64,000 bases of DNA from Amphiscolops sp. MND2022. Its lineage: Eukaryota. Below are positions 36,629 through 48,562 of the stretch, one piece after another. The translations under genes and the position numbers were made by a program. The DNA lies in the NCBI GenBank assembly GCA_964187785.1, contig OZ076409.1:50594001-50658000 (forward strand), written 5' to 3'. Position 1 is the first letter of the stretch. Each line of letters begins with the position of its first letter. A model generated the notes under the pieces. The model did not search any database. It saw only the letters and a list, made by a program, of their open reading frames with translations, and was not told the DNA's origin.

Positions 36629-39600
36629 ACCAATGAAAAACAGAGCCGCCGATTGACGCAACCTACCAAATGAACTTAACCAGTGTGAACCTAACTGAAC
36701 TCTACCTGCATTCCCACTCACTATTAACTCAAGAGAAAAACAATTTCGGGTGCCAAATGTTTAACTTGTACATAGTACACTGCCGATTTTTCCGACGCAG
36801 CGCATTTCTTCTTCTCCTCTCATGTCACTTAATGCGACATATAAAATTGGTCACCCATTTGCTAGATACAATACTATAACATACAGTAAAATAAAATAAC
36901 ATGAAAAATACAACAGTTTCAAATGAATGTGGACAAAGTACAGGCGTTAAACACCACTTTCTGGACTAGCAGCCCGCTCCCCGTTTATGCTGTACCCCAA
37001 GTTTGAATATAAGCGCAGTCTATAATCTTCGCCAGCCACAATCCCAATGTCGTCCCACAACATACTTTCGGTCAACTCGTTGAGATCGACTAAGCGCCGG
37101 TGTGACTCTGCAACTTCGTCTAGAAGAGGACCACTCACATTTTCATAGCTCCGAATACTGCTGGCAGAAAGATAGCTCACGATAATGGCACATACACCAC
37201 TCGTTACGTCGCTGCTTAAATGGCCGACTCCGTCACACAACAAAGTATTGTTACTCTGAATGCCTCCGTCCAAGCAAAATATACTTCGCAATAAATTCTG
37301 GGCACCTCGATTAGTACAATAGCACAGGGGGTCCAACACCGACAGATTCATCGCACTTCCGGTCGCCCCAGACCCACGTCGATAGCTACTGATGAATTCC
37401 AGGAAGCCACGTTCCATGTGTCCTTGCTCTGCATACGAGATTCGGCCTAACTCAACGAGAAGATCCGTAAATACCCGGATTTCGGCCAACAGAACATCTT
37501 CAGGAACAATATTGAGACTTGGCAGACTGAACACACTCCGAACAAAGGACAGATCATCCCGGACTCCTGGCAATGCGCTGACATTTTTCACTACAGTCAA
37601 AATGAAGACTGGCACTCGAGACATATCTTCATCATAAAGACATCCGCCCGCATCCACTTCGTTATTGGCACGAAAACTGTCAATCAGGACTTGCTGTTTA
37701 ACCTCGGAGATGGCATAACTCTCCACGTCCACGAACAACCAGGAACGCGTATCCTAGGCTGCTGGCAATCGGTCATCATCAACCAGAGTCGAAATCAGTT
37801 CTCTTATGAAACTGGCACTTTCCACCGCCCAGTAACAACTGCGTACTGAAGAAGCACCAAAACTCTTCTCGTAGGAATTCACCACTGAAACATTAAGGTA
37901 CAATAAATTCCACATGAAACTTGACTTGTATGACCACCCCCCCCTCACGCAAACGAAAATACCAACCTCACTAGAGCCCATCTAGAAGTGACCCGACAAG
38001 ACTTCACCAGGAATATAACAATTACTAACGAGCACGGTAAACTAGACTGAGCGCCTGAAGCCTGATTGGAATCCCAATCTCTGCACGCAAGGTCAGGTCA
38101 AGTGTGTCCAATGGTCCATCTCCACTGGCAAATCGCAACAGACACACAATGTCAGCCCAGTTACTCCTCAATTCCTCGCACACATCAGCGAGCGTCCACA
38201 CAAATACCTCACCAGTAAGAATCGCCTAAATTGTAAATAACATCATATTAATTAACTGCAACCACTGTGAAGTTCACTACAAATCGCCCCCTCAACACTC
38301 CGTTCACACATTTCTACACATAGATACCATCACATCATGAAATCATACGTACTTGCAGCAAATGCGGACACGCCAACAGCAAAGGATCCTTCACGAATCC
38401 TTTCAAGCGCTTCTGAAGATGGTTAAGAACCACATGGATATCAGTCCCACCAAGCACTTGACCAGCCACATCCACGATCGTCCGACTGACATCCGATAAC
38501 GTGAAGGATTTCACGTCCACGAGGCCAAGCCCAGCGGTGCTTCGGAACAGTCCACCCAGCTGTGGCAACGCATCACAGCACAGTCCAAGTGGAACAGGCT
38601 CTCCGAGCATGCAACACCACATGTTAACCAGCCAAGTGATCACTCGACCCTCCCAGTCACGAGCCAGATTGAAACAGAAGACAGTGTAGTGACTGACTCC
38701 GTCCATGCCACACACTGCGACCGTACCAGTCACTAGCCCTCCAGTCACTGTCAGATGGAAACTGCTGTACTCACTATTGCTCCAGATGGTAATCAGTCTC
38801 CGCATTACGTACGGCCACAAGCCAAGCAGAACAACGCTCTAAAATCAACATAAGGTCTTTCGAAACCATACATCATAATATTATACCGCCCCCCAACCCT
38901 CCGTTTCAATAGTAAACAATAGAAAATCCATACTCAGTCGAACGTAACAGAAAACGCAAAAATCAAATTTCCCACCATCACGTCGGACAACGCGCAAGTT
39001 GCCCCAAACAAGACCGCATGTTGGGGATCCGACGACACCAGCACTTCCCACAAATTAGCAACTCCACTAAAGTGACAATCGCGGTACAGAGCGTCGACCA
39101 CGAAGCACACAAATAAGCGCACAGTCTTTTCTGGCCAGTCTTCCCCCTCTTCGTCTTCCCCCCACACAGGCTGCCCAGCCCCCTCCAGTTCAAATACTTC
39201 CAAAACACTGAGTGACGGACAGGTCTCAATGAAGGGCACAGTCACCCCACCTAAGATTGCACGACACTCGGCGCTCTCTTCATTCGTCATGAGCGTTCCA
39301 TCGCGTCGCCGCAACGAAGCCCACGGTGTAAACGGATCACACAATCCTGACGGTGATGACGCAGTCCTCGGCAATGTTCCATAAAGGTGGTAATGCCTCG
39401 GCTGCCCACCTTAACGTCTCTCTTGCACATTAGGCATCGCACATACGACATGCGCGACTCGTGATTGCGTGCATATCCTAGCGCCAGCCCGCAGTATGGA
39501 TGATCAAACCATCCGGATTTGATCACCTTCTTTCCTGATAATCACAAAAAAAACAAAATGACATCATTACAAATCATCATACACAACGACTAAAATCATC

Positions 39601-39668
39601 TGTTACACATCCGCAAAATCGAAAAATGCAAAAGTAAAACGTAAACATCAAAAACGTTCACCCGGAGT

Positions 39669-40096
39669 GATGAAAACATGATGTAAAATAATATTTTCAT
39701 TGGAAATATAAGCGAAAACGAAGAAAAAACGAAAAGATGAAAAAGAGATGTGTTTGCAAGCCACCAGAACAGGAAATTGAAACTTTAAAAGACGAAAGCC
39801 TCGAAGGATGAAAAAGAGATGTATAGAACGACTTTGAACCAAAATTGAGATATTTTAGAGCGAAAATAACTTAACGATGAAAAAGAGATGTAAACCGAGT
39901 AAAACGACGATAATAGCTGAAAACGAACGAGAAAAATTCAAGGATGTAAAAGAGATGGAAAGTTCTAGAAAATGACCAGAAAAGTGAAAAGGAAGAAAAA
40001 CGCCATATTTAATACTTTTAACGATGAGAAAGTGATGGAAAATGAAAACTGCAGAAAACCATATAGTGAAAACAGAAAAACGATGGAAAATAGATG
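39669..40096 (-). repeat. Internal cluster 3 of the dyad, inside intron 4 of the cargo gene
   Basis: GATG-N7-GATG at 39669, 39736, 39807, 39876, 39943, 40023, 40082. Confidence 0.85.
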
Positions 40097-40612
40097 GACA
40101 AGAAGAAAAACGTTAAACCACGCTAGTGAAAGTGAAAACGAAAAGAGAAATGAACAAAAGTTACCGATCAGATACTTCACAGGGTTAAAGCTGTTTAGGT
40201 AACCTGGTAAACGAGACGCAATGGGCTCGTCGTCGGAGTCCACCAGACTGGGTCCCATTGGAGACGTCTCAGCAGTCGCAGGAACCAGACCGGGAACAGC
40301 ACCCTCCAGAGCAGGCTCAACGGACAGAGAATCACCAGCAGGGACATCCTCGACTGCCTCAAGAAGGGTCTCAGCGCTGTCAGTTGATGGCACGTCAGAC
40401 TGCTCAACGTCAGCCTCCACAACTTCAGGGACGCTAGCAGCTGGCGAAGAGGGAGCAGCCGAAAGAGTTTCCACAGGAGGATCGTAATCTGTGGAAGTCT
40501 CGCCAGTTTCCACAACGGCCTGAATGGACTGGTCAACAACAGCCACGCAGGCATCGACTGCCACATCCACAGGAGTGACGACGGCACTGACTCCTGCGTC
40601 TACAGTGACACG

Positions 40613-40652
40613 AGGAGGAGGAGGAGGAGGAGGAGGAGGAGGAGGAGGAGGA
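40613..40652. repeat. (GGA)n microsatellite encoding poly-Pro in cargo exon 4
   Basis: Direct GGA run; PPPPPPPPPPPPP in ORF 39965-40774. Confidence 0.9.
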
Positions 40653-42185
40653 CTTCGAATTGCTGACTCGTGGTCCAGGAATCGCTGGAAGTTCGGCGAA
40701 AGCACCGACACTGGGGCACGTGCCACTGGGGAGCTAACCGCGCCCAGGGACAAGTCCTGGAGGAACGAGGACATCTCTAGTGGGGGAGGCCCTCCTTGAG
40801 TGACAGAGTCAGCCTGCGGCGCACCAAAGTCACTCGTTTTATACCCACAGAGTAAGTGATAGGGAGAGGCCTTGGGGCGTGGATGGGAGTCCGGCCTGAA
40901 AGAAGAAAACAGAAATCAGACGACGACGAATGATGAAGAAAGTGCGCGTACACCGCGCGAAGAAAGAAAACAGGAAAAAAAGTCATCAAAAATTCATCCT
41001 CAAAAATGGAATTCGCAGCGGATCAGCCACGAAGGACTGTGAATGTCCATGACACATCCCAAATTCATCTTAAAAAATGAATTTTATAGGTAATCGACCG
41101 CGAAGGGCACTACATGCAGATGAGATGTTTATATCGGAATTACATCGGAGTGTCCGGACGATGCCTTAGTACAGACGGAAAGTGAAAAGGAGTCAACTCA
41201 CTATACTGCTGGATGCTATCTCGTAGCATGTCCCGCATGTGGCGATCATACCACCCGAAGGTGATGCTACCGAGGGAAGCATACCAAGGATAGTGATCTA
41301 AACATCAAACGGAAAGAGTCAACATCTGAAGGGACCGGAGATGAGAAATGAAGAGATTGTAGACTGAATTGAAGATCTGGAAGGACAGAACTTACACTGC
41401 GAAAGGTACGGGACGTTAGGAGACTGACCAAGCGGTTGATCAGGTTGAAACTGGGGTACGGGAGCTGCTGCTTGAACTTCAGGAGTCTCTTGAGGCGGCA
41501 CGGTCTGCAAGGTAGTCAGCTCAGAAATGACGCCGACAGAGTGAACTGAGTCCGCTAAAACCAAGACGCGTCTTCAGTACCTAATTGTTTCCTGACCCGT
41601 TTGTGAAAAAAAAGAAAAATAGTGCACTTACTTTCTGTAGCTTCAGTCTCTGGAAGAGAATAAACAGAGTGGATGTCGGACATCGCTGTAGGTTTGCAAA
41701 ACAATCTGAAAAGGAACGGAAGAGAGTGAAGAAAGGAACGAAATCGAAGAATCTGAGGACAAGAATTTGATCAGTAATTAAATGGCCTGATCAACCACGA
41801 TTGCGAGATACAAATTCACGGAAAATTTCAAAGAGCGCGAATGCGGTTTGAGTGCCAGGACAAACCAAGTACTTGAAATTCAGAAGATGAAAAATCGATG
41901 AAAACTCTCCGATTTCAATGACTGCCTACACTTTTCTTCACAGTTCAACCAACTTGACAATTTTCTCTGAAAATGAATCGCCCCCCAGAATTTGACTACA
42001 AAAGCTTCAAGTATTTGGTTTTGATGACAGCTGCCAGTCTCAGATCAATACCGACGAAGTTGAGCGGAAACGCGCAAAGGAAATCGTGGCGATTTTCAAA
42101 CCGACTTGACGGAAGATGATTCAAGGATGAGAATGTTTGTTGACAACCAGTTGGATTTCCTTCAGTTCAGAAAATTCAGTTTCAC

Positions 42186-42430
42186 CCAATCAGAATAAAG
42201 CAAGTGGTTGCTATGGCGACGATTTCATCTCTTTCTCATCGCCGAGAAATTCAGACAGCGGAAGCGACAGCTACGGTTGCTATGACAACAATTCATCTCT
42301 TTCCTATCGCGGAAATTGACAGAGCGGCGGCGCCAGCAGTCTGTTAATTCAACATCGATGTCTCGCTGAGTAAACAATTCATCGTTCATTCATCTCAAGA
42401 AAACTTCGGCAGACAAGAAATGGCGCCGAT
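42186..42430 (-). promoter_or_regulatory. Putative promoter region of the antisense cargo gene
   Basis: Two X-box-like palindromes, GTTGCTATGGCGAC (42207-42220) and GTTGCTATGACAAC (42276-42289); CCAAT at 42186; AAATGGCG near 42418. Lies 0.5-0.7 kb upstream of the predicted ATG. Confidence 0.4.
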
Positions 42431-42857
42431 TCATCGCCAAATTGTCAATGAAGCTACCAGAATGTTTACTTAGCCTAGGCGGCCTGGGGAAATCTTTTCA
42501 CCAGGAAATCGAGATTTTCACCGAAAACAATCGACAGACCGAGCTCCCATCAAAAGCATGACAACCAATAAAATGCAGATCTGCGGACATTCGATGGGCC
42601 AAGAATTAGAGTTGCCGCGTCGAAATTCTTTAACCGAAATCACCCAGGATGAAGCCAGACATGACGAGTGCCGAAAGTCCTCTTCTCAGAGAAGGTTTAC
42701 ACAGGGCAGAACAAACGAAGGAAATGCCAATTCAGAACAAACGAAGAATCAATTTTCTCCCTAACCAAACGAAGGAAACAGTCGAAGCCAACGCCGAGAC
42801 AACCATCATCTGCACATTTGGCCCCTGCACTCTCAGTCCAAATCCCGCCTCGGGGAG

Positions 42858-45088
42858 TGTCATGCCAGCATGATGGAAATATAATCTACTAAATACCTGT
42901 AATGTAAATATTATGTCTTATGTACTTAGATATGGGCAATATGGAGTCATATAATAAGAGCCATGGTTGTGAGCAACCCTACGTTACTTGTACCTTAATC
43001 CCTTCCCCCCTTGAGTGTGAGTTATATATATTTACTTAATTTTGAGCGCTCTAGTTCCGGTGTTCGTATAACTGATCTTGCCAATGGCCTTAAATGTGCT
43101 ATATTTCATGAATATTGGTTAGTCACGACAAGGGAGAGAAGTGTTCCGGTCAAGCTGGACCGAGAGATGTAGAAACGATGAAAGCTGTAACTTCTACTAG
43201 CTCCCCGCCTCAGAGTTTATAGTTGTGACAAATTCCACTAAATTCATCACAAATTCATTGTCGAATTTGGTGACGATGCTGACCTGATTTGAAATTTCAC
43301 TTGGATCCATCGGCGGATTTAACGGTGCTTTTAACCAAAGTTCATCGCAATCCCATCCTCAAAAATTGCGAGTGAACAAAGCATGTGACTGTATACTCAG
43401 ATTTCATCATAAATCCATCAGCGGATGTTATGGGATTTATTTTAGTAAAACTCATCTTTAATTCATCGCGATATCTCATTTAGAAACTCCTGAATGTGCT
43501 TCTCATTTCTAAAGAACAGTAACTCATCCTTAATTCATCGTATTCACTAGCATAGAAGGGATATGAGAAAGTACATCCTTAATCCATCCTAAAAAAGAGT
43601 GAAAGTGCTCGTTATCTGATTTGCTTAGTAAACCCATCCTTAATTCATCTTGATTTCGTTCGTGCTGAAAATTAACCATTTTAGTGGATGAGTTCATCCT
43701 AAACTCATCGCTAAATTGAATTGCCTTAGTATTTGGTCTTTTGACTGGTGAGTTCATCCTAAACTCATCGCCAATTTGTATTGCTTTGGTATTTGCTGTT
43801 TTAACTGACAAGTTCATCTTAAACCCATCGCCAAAAATTCACTTGTGCTAGAATTAGCGTTTATCGACTGAATTCATCCCGAATTCATCGTCATTTTAAT
43901 CTGTGCTGGAAATTGGCAAATTATACGTGGAGTTCATCCTTTTATCATCGTCAATTTAATTTGTGTTGATTTTCGAGCGAGAAAGACCACCATTCATCGC
44001 ATTTTCATCCAGAGCTAAACTAGAGTTGAAAATCAGCAAATATTCTTACAAGTTCAACGCATTTCCATCTTCAATTTTTAAATCATTGGTTTTGGCGCTA
44101 GAATCAGCGGAAAACATCGTTTTCCCATCCCGAATTGTGCTTTACCTTAAATTGACTTGAAATTAGTGCGTTATTGAACGATTTGAGCTCATTTTTTAGT
44201 TGCTATAGAAACCATGATGCTACGTGCAGGCAATTGCGACATTGTAAATTGATGACTAAACACCATTTACATATGTAGATGTACCATGATACGTGGCCAC
44301 TTTGCGGCAGTTCACAACACCGGTCACGTGACTTACCATTTTAACACCAGCTGGTAACAGCCAATGAGAGAAGGTTGGTAAGAGATTTAGCGTCTCACCA
44401 ACCGGAAAGACACGTGAACTGCTGTAATTCGGACCGCCATTAGCGATTACTGAGACCGAATTGCGACAAGCTACCATCCAGCTGAAAATCTACTTGAAAA
44501 CATATCTCTATTTCATCTTCAGAAACTATAGATCTGAAACTGAGTAATTTCCTTGATGCATCTACGACCGCGATGAAAAATGGAGGAACTTTCCTAACTA
44601 CCTTGCTAATTTCCTTCTTCTCACCTAACGACTTACTTACTTGTACGACTTCATCTCTAAAACATCTCAGTTCAGATCAGTGAATTTGAGATCGAATAGC
44701 CATTTAAATCAGTAAAATACATCGAAACAGCATCTCAGATAATCCAGTCTTCACTCATAATTCTTTTCTCTCGGCTACATGAACCCAGATCAAGGTACCG
44801 AACTTAGAAGCGGTAGAGTCATAAATTCTTCGTCAGAAACATCTTCTCCAACAGATCCAGACATGGCTCAGGCGTCCGCCAATGACTCTGACAGCAACGA
44901 AACTTCAGATATCTCGTCCCAGTTGTCTGAAATAAGAGAGAACTATGAAAGGAAGATAAATGAGTTACAAAGCGAGTTTAGCCAACTGAAGAACTTATTA
45001 ATGGCAGTTATTAGTAAAACCGATGAAAATAACCGGCCATCGACATCGCAAAGTTCTCCAAAGCCGGCCCACACAGTGGGGCTCGACA
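42858..45088 (+). repeat. 3' LTR of element C (2231 bp)
   Basis: Near-identical to 25778-28021; preceded by a short purine run GGGGAG (candidate PPT). Confidence 0.95.
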
Positions 45089-45120
45089 ACAATACTACAA
45101 ATTTAACGTATTTTACATAA
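44779..45120 (+). CDS. LTR-encoded copy of the Gag N-terminus (103 aa) plus 10 flank-derived codons
   Basis: Almost identical to the start of ORF 27712-29217 up to HTVGLD; diverges at the LTR end. Confidence 0.6.
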   Translation: MNPDQGTELRSGRVINSSSETSSPTDPDMAQASANDSDSNETSDISSQLSEIRENYERKINELQSEFSQLKNLLMAVISKTDENNRPSTSQSSPKPAHTVGLDNNTTNLTYFT

Positions 45121-45429
45121 AAATGCACTTTTTGATTTTTCGGTATCCGAAGCATTTGAGATTTTGTCAGGAAGGAGGGATCGAATCTAATTGATTTTTA
45201 GATTTTATATCTTTTGAAATTGAATGGAAATAGAAACTTTTTCTGATTGAAGTATAGCTAGAGGAAAAACTCCAGACCTTATTATATTTTTGTTAATAAA
45301 GAGTCTGAAGTACCTGCTACTATATTATTATGTTCATATTGTACACACTACTCAGTAGAGAAAGGTAGATTGTGAAAAGTTTTGTACAACAATTCCTTTT
45401 GGCATCAAGAGAATATAACATGGCGCACT

Positions 45430-46072
45430 CAGGCTAACTTCCAGCCTTGAAAAATACGACAGCTCCAGTGCAAACCTGTCGTGGCGGAAATTTATCCAAT
45501 ATATAAAAATACAAATGCGAGCACTTGTTTTCGAACCTCCGCCGCCTCCTCCTTAGTGAAACGGAATATACTTCGGAAATAACGTCAAAAATTCGGATAT
45601 AGCGCTTTACTCCGGATATTACGTTCAATTTTCGGATGGTATTGAAAAAAAATTGGTGGATATGTATTGAAAAAACCTGATGTCAGATGAAACATGACAA
45701 TTTTGAACAGTCTCATAGTGCCAAAAAATCTGAAAGGGGGACCATTTGGGATTTTCAAACATCTATTATGTTCCAAAAAATCAAAAAAATGAAGGGGAAC
45801 CCTTTGGTACAAGCGAAAAATTTTCGAAAAAAAGTCTCATATTGCCGAAAAAAACTCCAAGTTAAAAACACGCAGATAGCCAACGTGGGAATCCTTAGTT
45901 GTTTTCAAATTTTTGGACGTCGGTTTCATAATTTTGGAAGAGGTTCTAAGGTTTGCAGTATGTTTTGGTCAAACTGAACAAATGAACAAAAAAGTGGACC
46001 TTACGCTAGTAAAAAAACTACCCACTGTAAGAGTCGGGCACTTTTTCTACTAAAATGCGCCGACTAAAAAAA
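45430..46072 (-). mobile_element. DINE-1/Helentron-like non-autonomous element
   Basis: Right end AGTCGGGC-ACTTTTTCTACTAAAAT-GCGCCGACT-AAAAAA; internal GGGGGACCATTTGGG / AAAAGTCTCAT units. Left boundary approximate. Confidence 0.65.
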
Positions 46073-46199
46073 ACATTCCTCTGTGCAGTTGGGCAAAGTG
46101 CACTCACAGAAATGACCAAATCGGTAAAGGAACGAGAACCAAGCGCGCTACCGTTAAACAAACTGTGCACCTTGTTACGACTACACTACACTTTTCCGA

Positions 46200-48562
46200 T
46201 CTAAAACAAAGAAGGAAATAGCAAGACACCGGCAGAAAAAAACCCTGGAGTTCGAGAAAAACTGCAAAATAAAAGCTATTACAGGAGCAGAACTTCTGGC
46301 CTCGATTTTCTTATCACTAGAAACTAGAAAAATCTACAGGAGACTATGAGTTGAATGATAAAATGCGCACGCACAAATGACACGTCGGTTGAAGCAATAG
46401 CGGAAGCAATACATGAATACATGAATGAAAATTTAAACGAGAAAGAGATGAGATGAAATGAGTTGAAATCCGGCAACTGGAGGAGAGAAAATTAAAGTAC
46501 ACCAAAGAACAAAACGAAAGAATCCCGAAATCCAGAATATTTGACTCCAACAGATGTGGAGCACCCTATTGGACCGAAGAGCATGAATATCCGGCAAGTG
46601 GAATGAAATGGGCGGATTGCGGCACACAAGGGACATTCTGCCAAATGCTGCCGTTCCAAACGGAGAATTAACCACATAGCAGAAGAACTAAACACCGCGC
46701 ACGGAGACGCATGGAAACCGCACAGAATACATTCAATACAACAGAAGATCCACTCAATGAGAACGAAGAACAAGAACGGACCACCGTTCTATACTATAAC
46801 GCTATCGGTCATTATCCGACCAATAAAACTCATAGTTGATACAGGCTCACCGGTAAAGCTCACCCCGAAGGTAAAATTCAACAACATAAGAGCAAGAAAA
46901 CCAGTTACCGTAGACTATTGAGACGTAAACGATAATAGAATAAACTTCGAGGGTGAAACGACTGCCAACATAGAAATAGACGGCACAATTAAACAACTGG
47001 AGTTACTTATAACAACCAGGAAAACACATCCATTACTCGGATTAGATTGTATGGGAAAGCAATACATCACCCTAGAAACAGACAAACGCAGCCCAAAAAT
47101 CAATCACATATACAAACCGGAGAAGACACTGAACCGAGAAATAACAACACTAAAACGTAAGCTTCATGAATTTTTCACGAAACGTCACACGGTATTTTGT
47201 GGAAGTGAAGATCTAACTAAAAGAAGGGGCAAAATTGATGATCAAAAAGTAGACCGATACCAATTCACCAACTCTCGCAGTTGAAAAAGAAATCGAAGAA
47301 CTGGGAAAAAGTCAAGGACACGTTCAAATGGCCAAAACTATTGACCAGAACTGTTTTGTGAGCCCCGCGGTAATCATCATACAGTAACAAAGTCAGTAAA
47401 AAGTACCCTCGACGCACAGAAACTAAATGATTTTAAAGTTTAAAAAATGCGCAAAAGCCTAATATTCAAGAAATATTATCCTCAATTACCAGAACAATAG
47501 CGGACGTACCGGCCGACAAAATCTGGATATCAAAATGTGATCTGGATTACGTATGCAGCCAATTACAACCCTCGAAAACAGGAATGAACTTATGCATTTT
47601 TGCCTTCACCGGAGGAAAATTCACACGTTACTACCGATTTTCAAAAGGCTTTTTTCGGTGAGCATCCAACCAAATTCCAAGAAAAAATTGATCAAACGCT
47701 AGACAATAGGCCCCTATCTTGGTTAGACGACAGTATAGTAGTACCAGAAGGCTCTAAACAGAAACACATGGACGAATTAAAAGACGTATTGACAAAATTG
47801 GAAAACGCCGTATACAAATTGTGAAAAATCAAATCCCAAACATTCAAAACCGAAACAGAAAGGATTGACCACACGATTGTCAAGAACGGTACCAGCGTGT
47901 TCAAGACAAAGTACTAGCCAAAACAGAATTGGAAATGAAAAAGAACTTACGTAATTCCGGGGGACAGATATTCTAATGCAATTGTTCAAGAAATATAACG
48001 AATGGAACTGGACGGAAGAAGATACGAATGCTTTCGAAACATGAAACACACAACCACGGAGATACCGTGTCTGGCAAACTGCTACTCAAAGTACATGAAT
48101 ATAAAACAACGTACGCCAGTACAAAACCTCTGGGAGTCACGCTAAAGCAAGAACAACCCGGCGGTAATATAAAACCGATCAGATCGCCAATCGCTTTCTT
48201 TTCGACACGGAAAAGAAATACGCCATCATTGAATTAGAACTGCTGGCGCTGATATTGTGACTGGAACGTTTCAGTGTATACATTTACGTAATTAAAACGT
48301 AACTAAAAGGAAATACATAGTTCTCAAATAACGAAAGCCATATTACCGGCAAGCAGTTAGCACTCACGGATTATTTCAGCAGAAATCCGTCCGTTTCTCC
48401 TCAAGTCGATGACACACACAACGAAGAAGACGTAATCAAGAACATCATACGGCAATACAATTTCATAACCACATATGGTTACCTTAGCAACCATTTCAAC
48501 CAATCACAGCACGATGTAGTGAACGCAACGCCACTCAAACCAAAGAACGAACCGAAGCAATC
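46200..48562 (+). pseudogene. Decayed Gypsy gag-pol fragment (element D), similar in style to element B
   Basis: VDTGSP (~46835), HPLLGLD (~47030), SWLDD (~47720), AST-K-LGVTLKQ and ELELLAL RNase H remnants (48115-48260); many frameshifts. Confidence 0.75.

Larger units (their letters stand above)
36947..41683 (-). pseudogene. Antisense spliced cargo gene of element C: ~1,100-aa BED-like zinc-finger, hAT-transposase-like protein (this copy disrupted)
   Basis: Exons 41683-41632, 41554-41396, 41297-41202, 40895-40165, 39534-38976, 38838-38353, 38225-36947, joined by GT-AG introns. Phases agree once three small indels (~40838, ~39313, ~38040) are allowed; two internal TAGs (~37982, 37754). Zinc finger CLMC-X16-HCRGLRH at 39356-39436. 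Confidence 0.75.
25778..45088 (+). mobile_element. Full-length giant (19.3 kb) Ty3/Gypsy element C with 2.2-kb LTRs and an antisense cargo gene
   Basis: Direct repeats 25778-28021 and 42858-45088 (TGTC...GACA); flanks ACAAA/ACAAT (5-bp TSD with one mismatch); PBS at 28022; gag, PR-RT-RH-IN, then ~8.5 kb of extra DNA. Confidence 0.95.

Noticed and set aside
37395..37425. HMERGFL as the hAT catalytic ERxFS motif
   Set aside because: It lies upstream of where my by-eye alignment places the catalytic Glu; needs a profile alignment.
39965..40164. Hydrophobic membrane-like tail of ORF 39965-40774
   Set aside because: It is T-rich intron 4 read past the GTAACT donor at 40164.
34308..42857. env gene in the usual post-integrase position
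   Set aside because: No long plus-strand ORF, signal peptide or TM anchor; the coding signal is on the minus strand.
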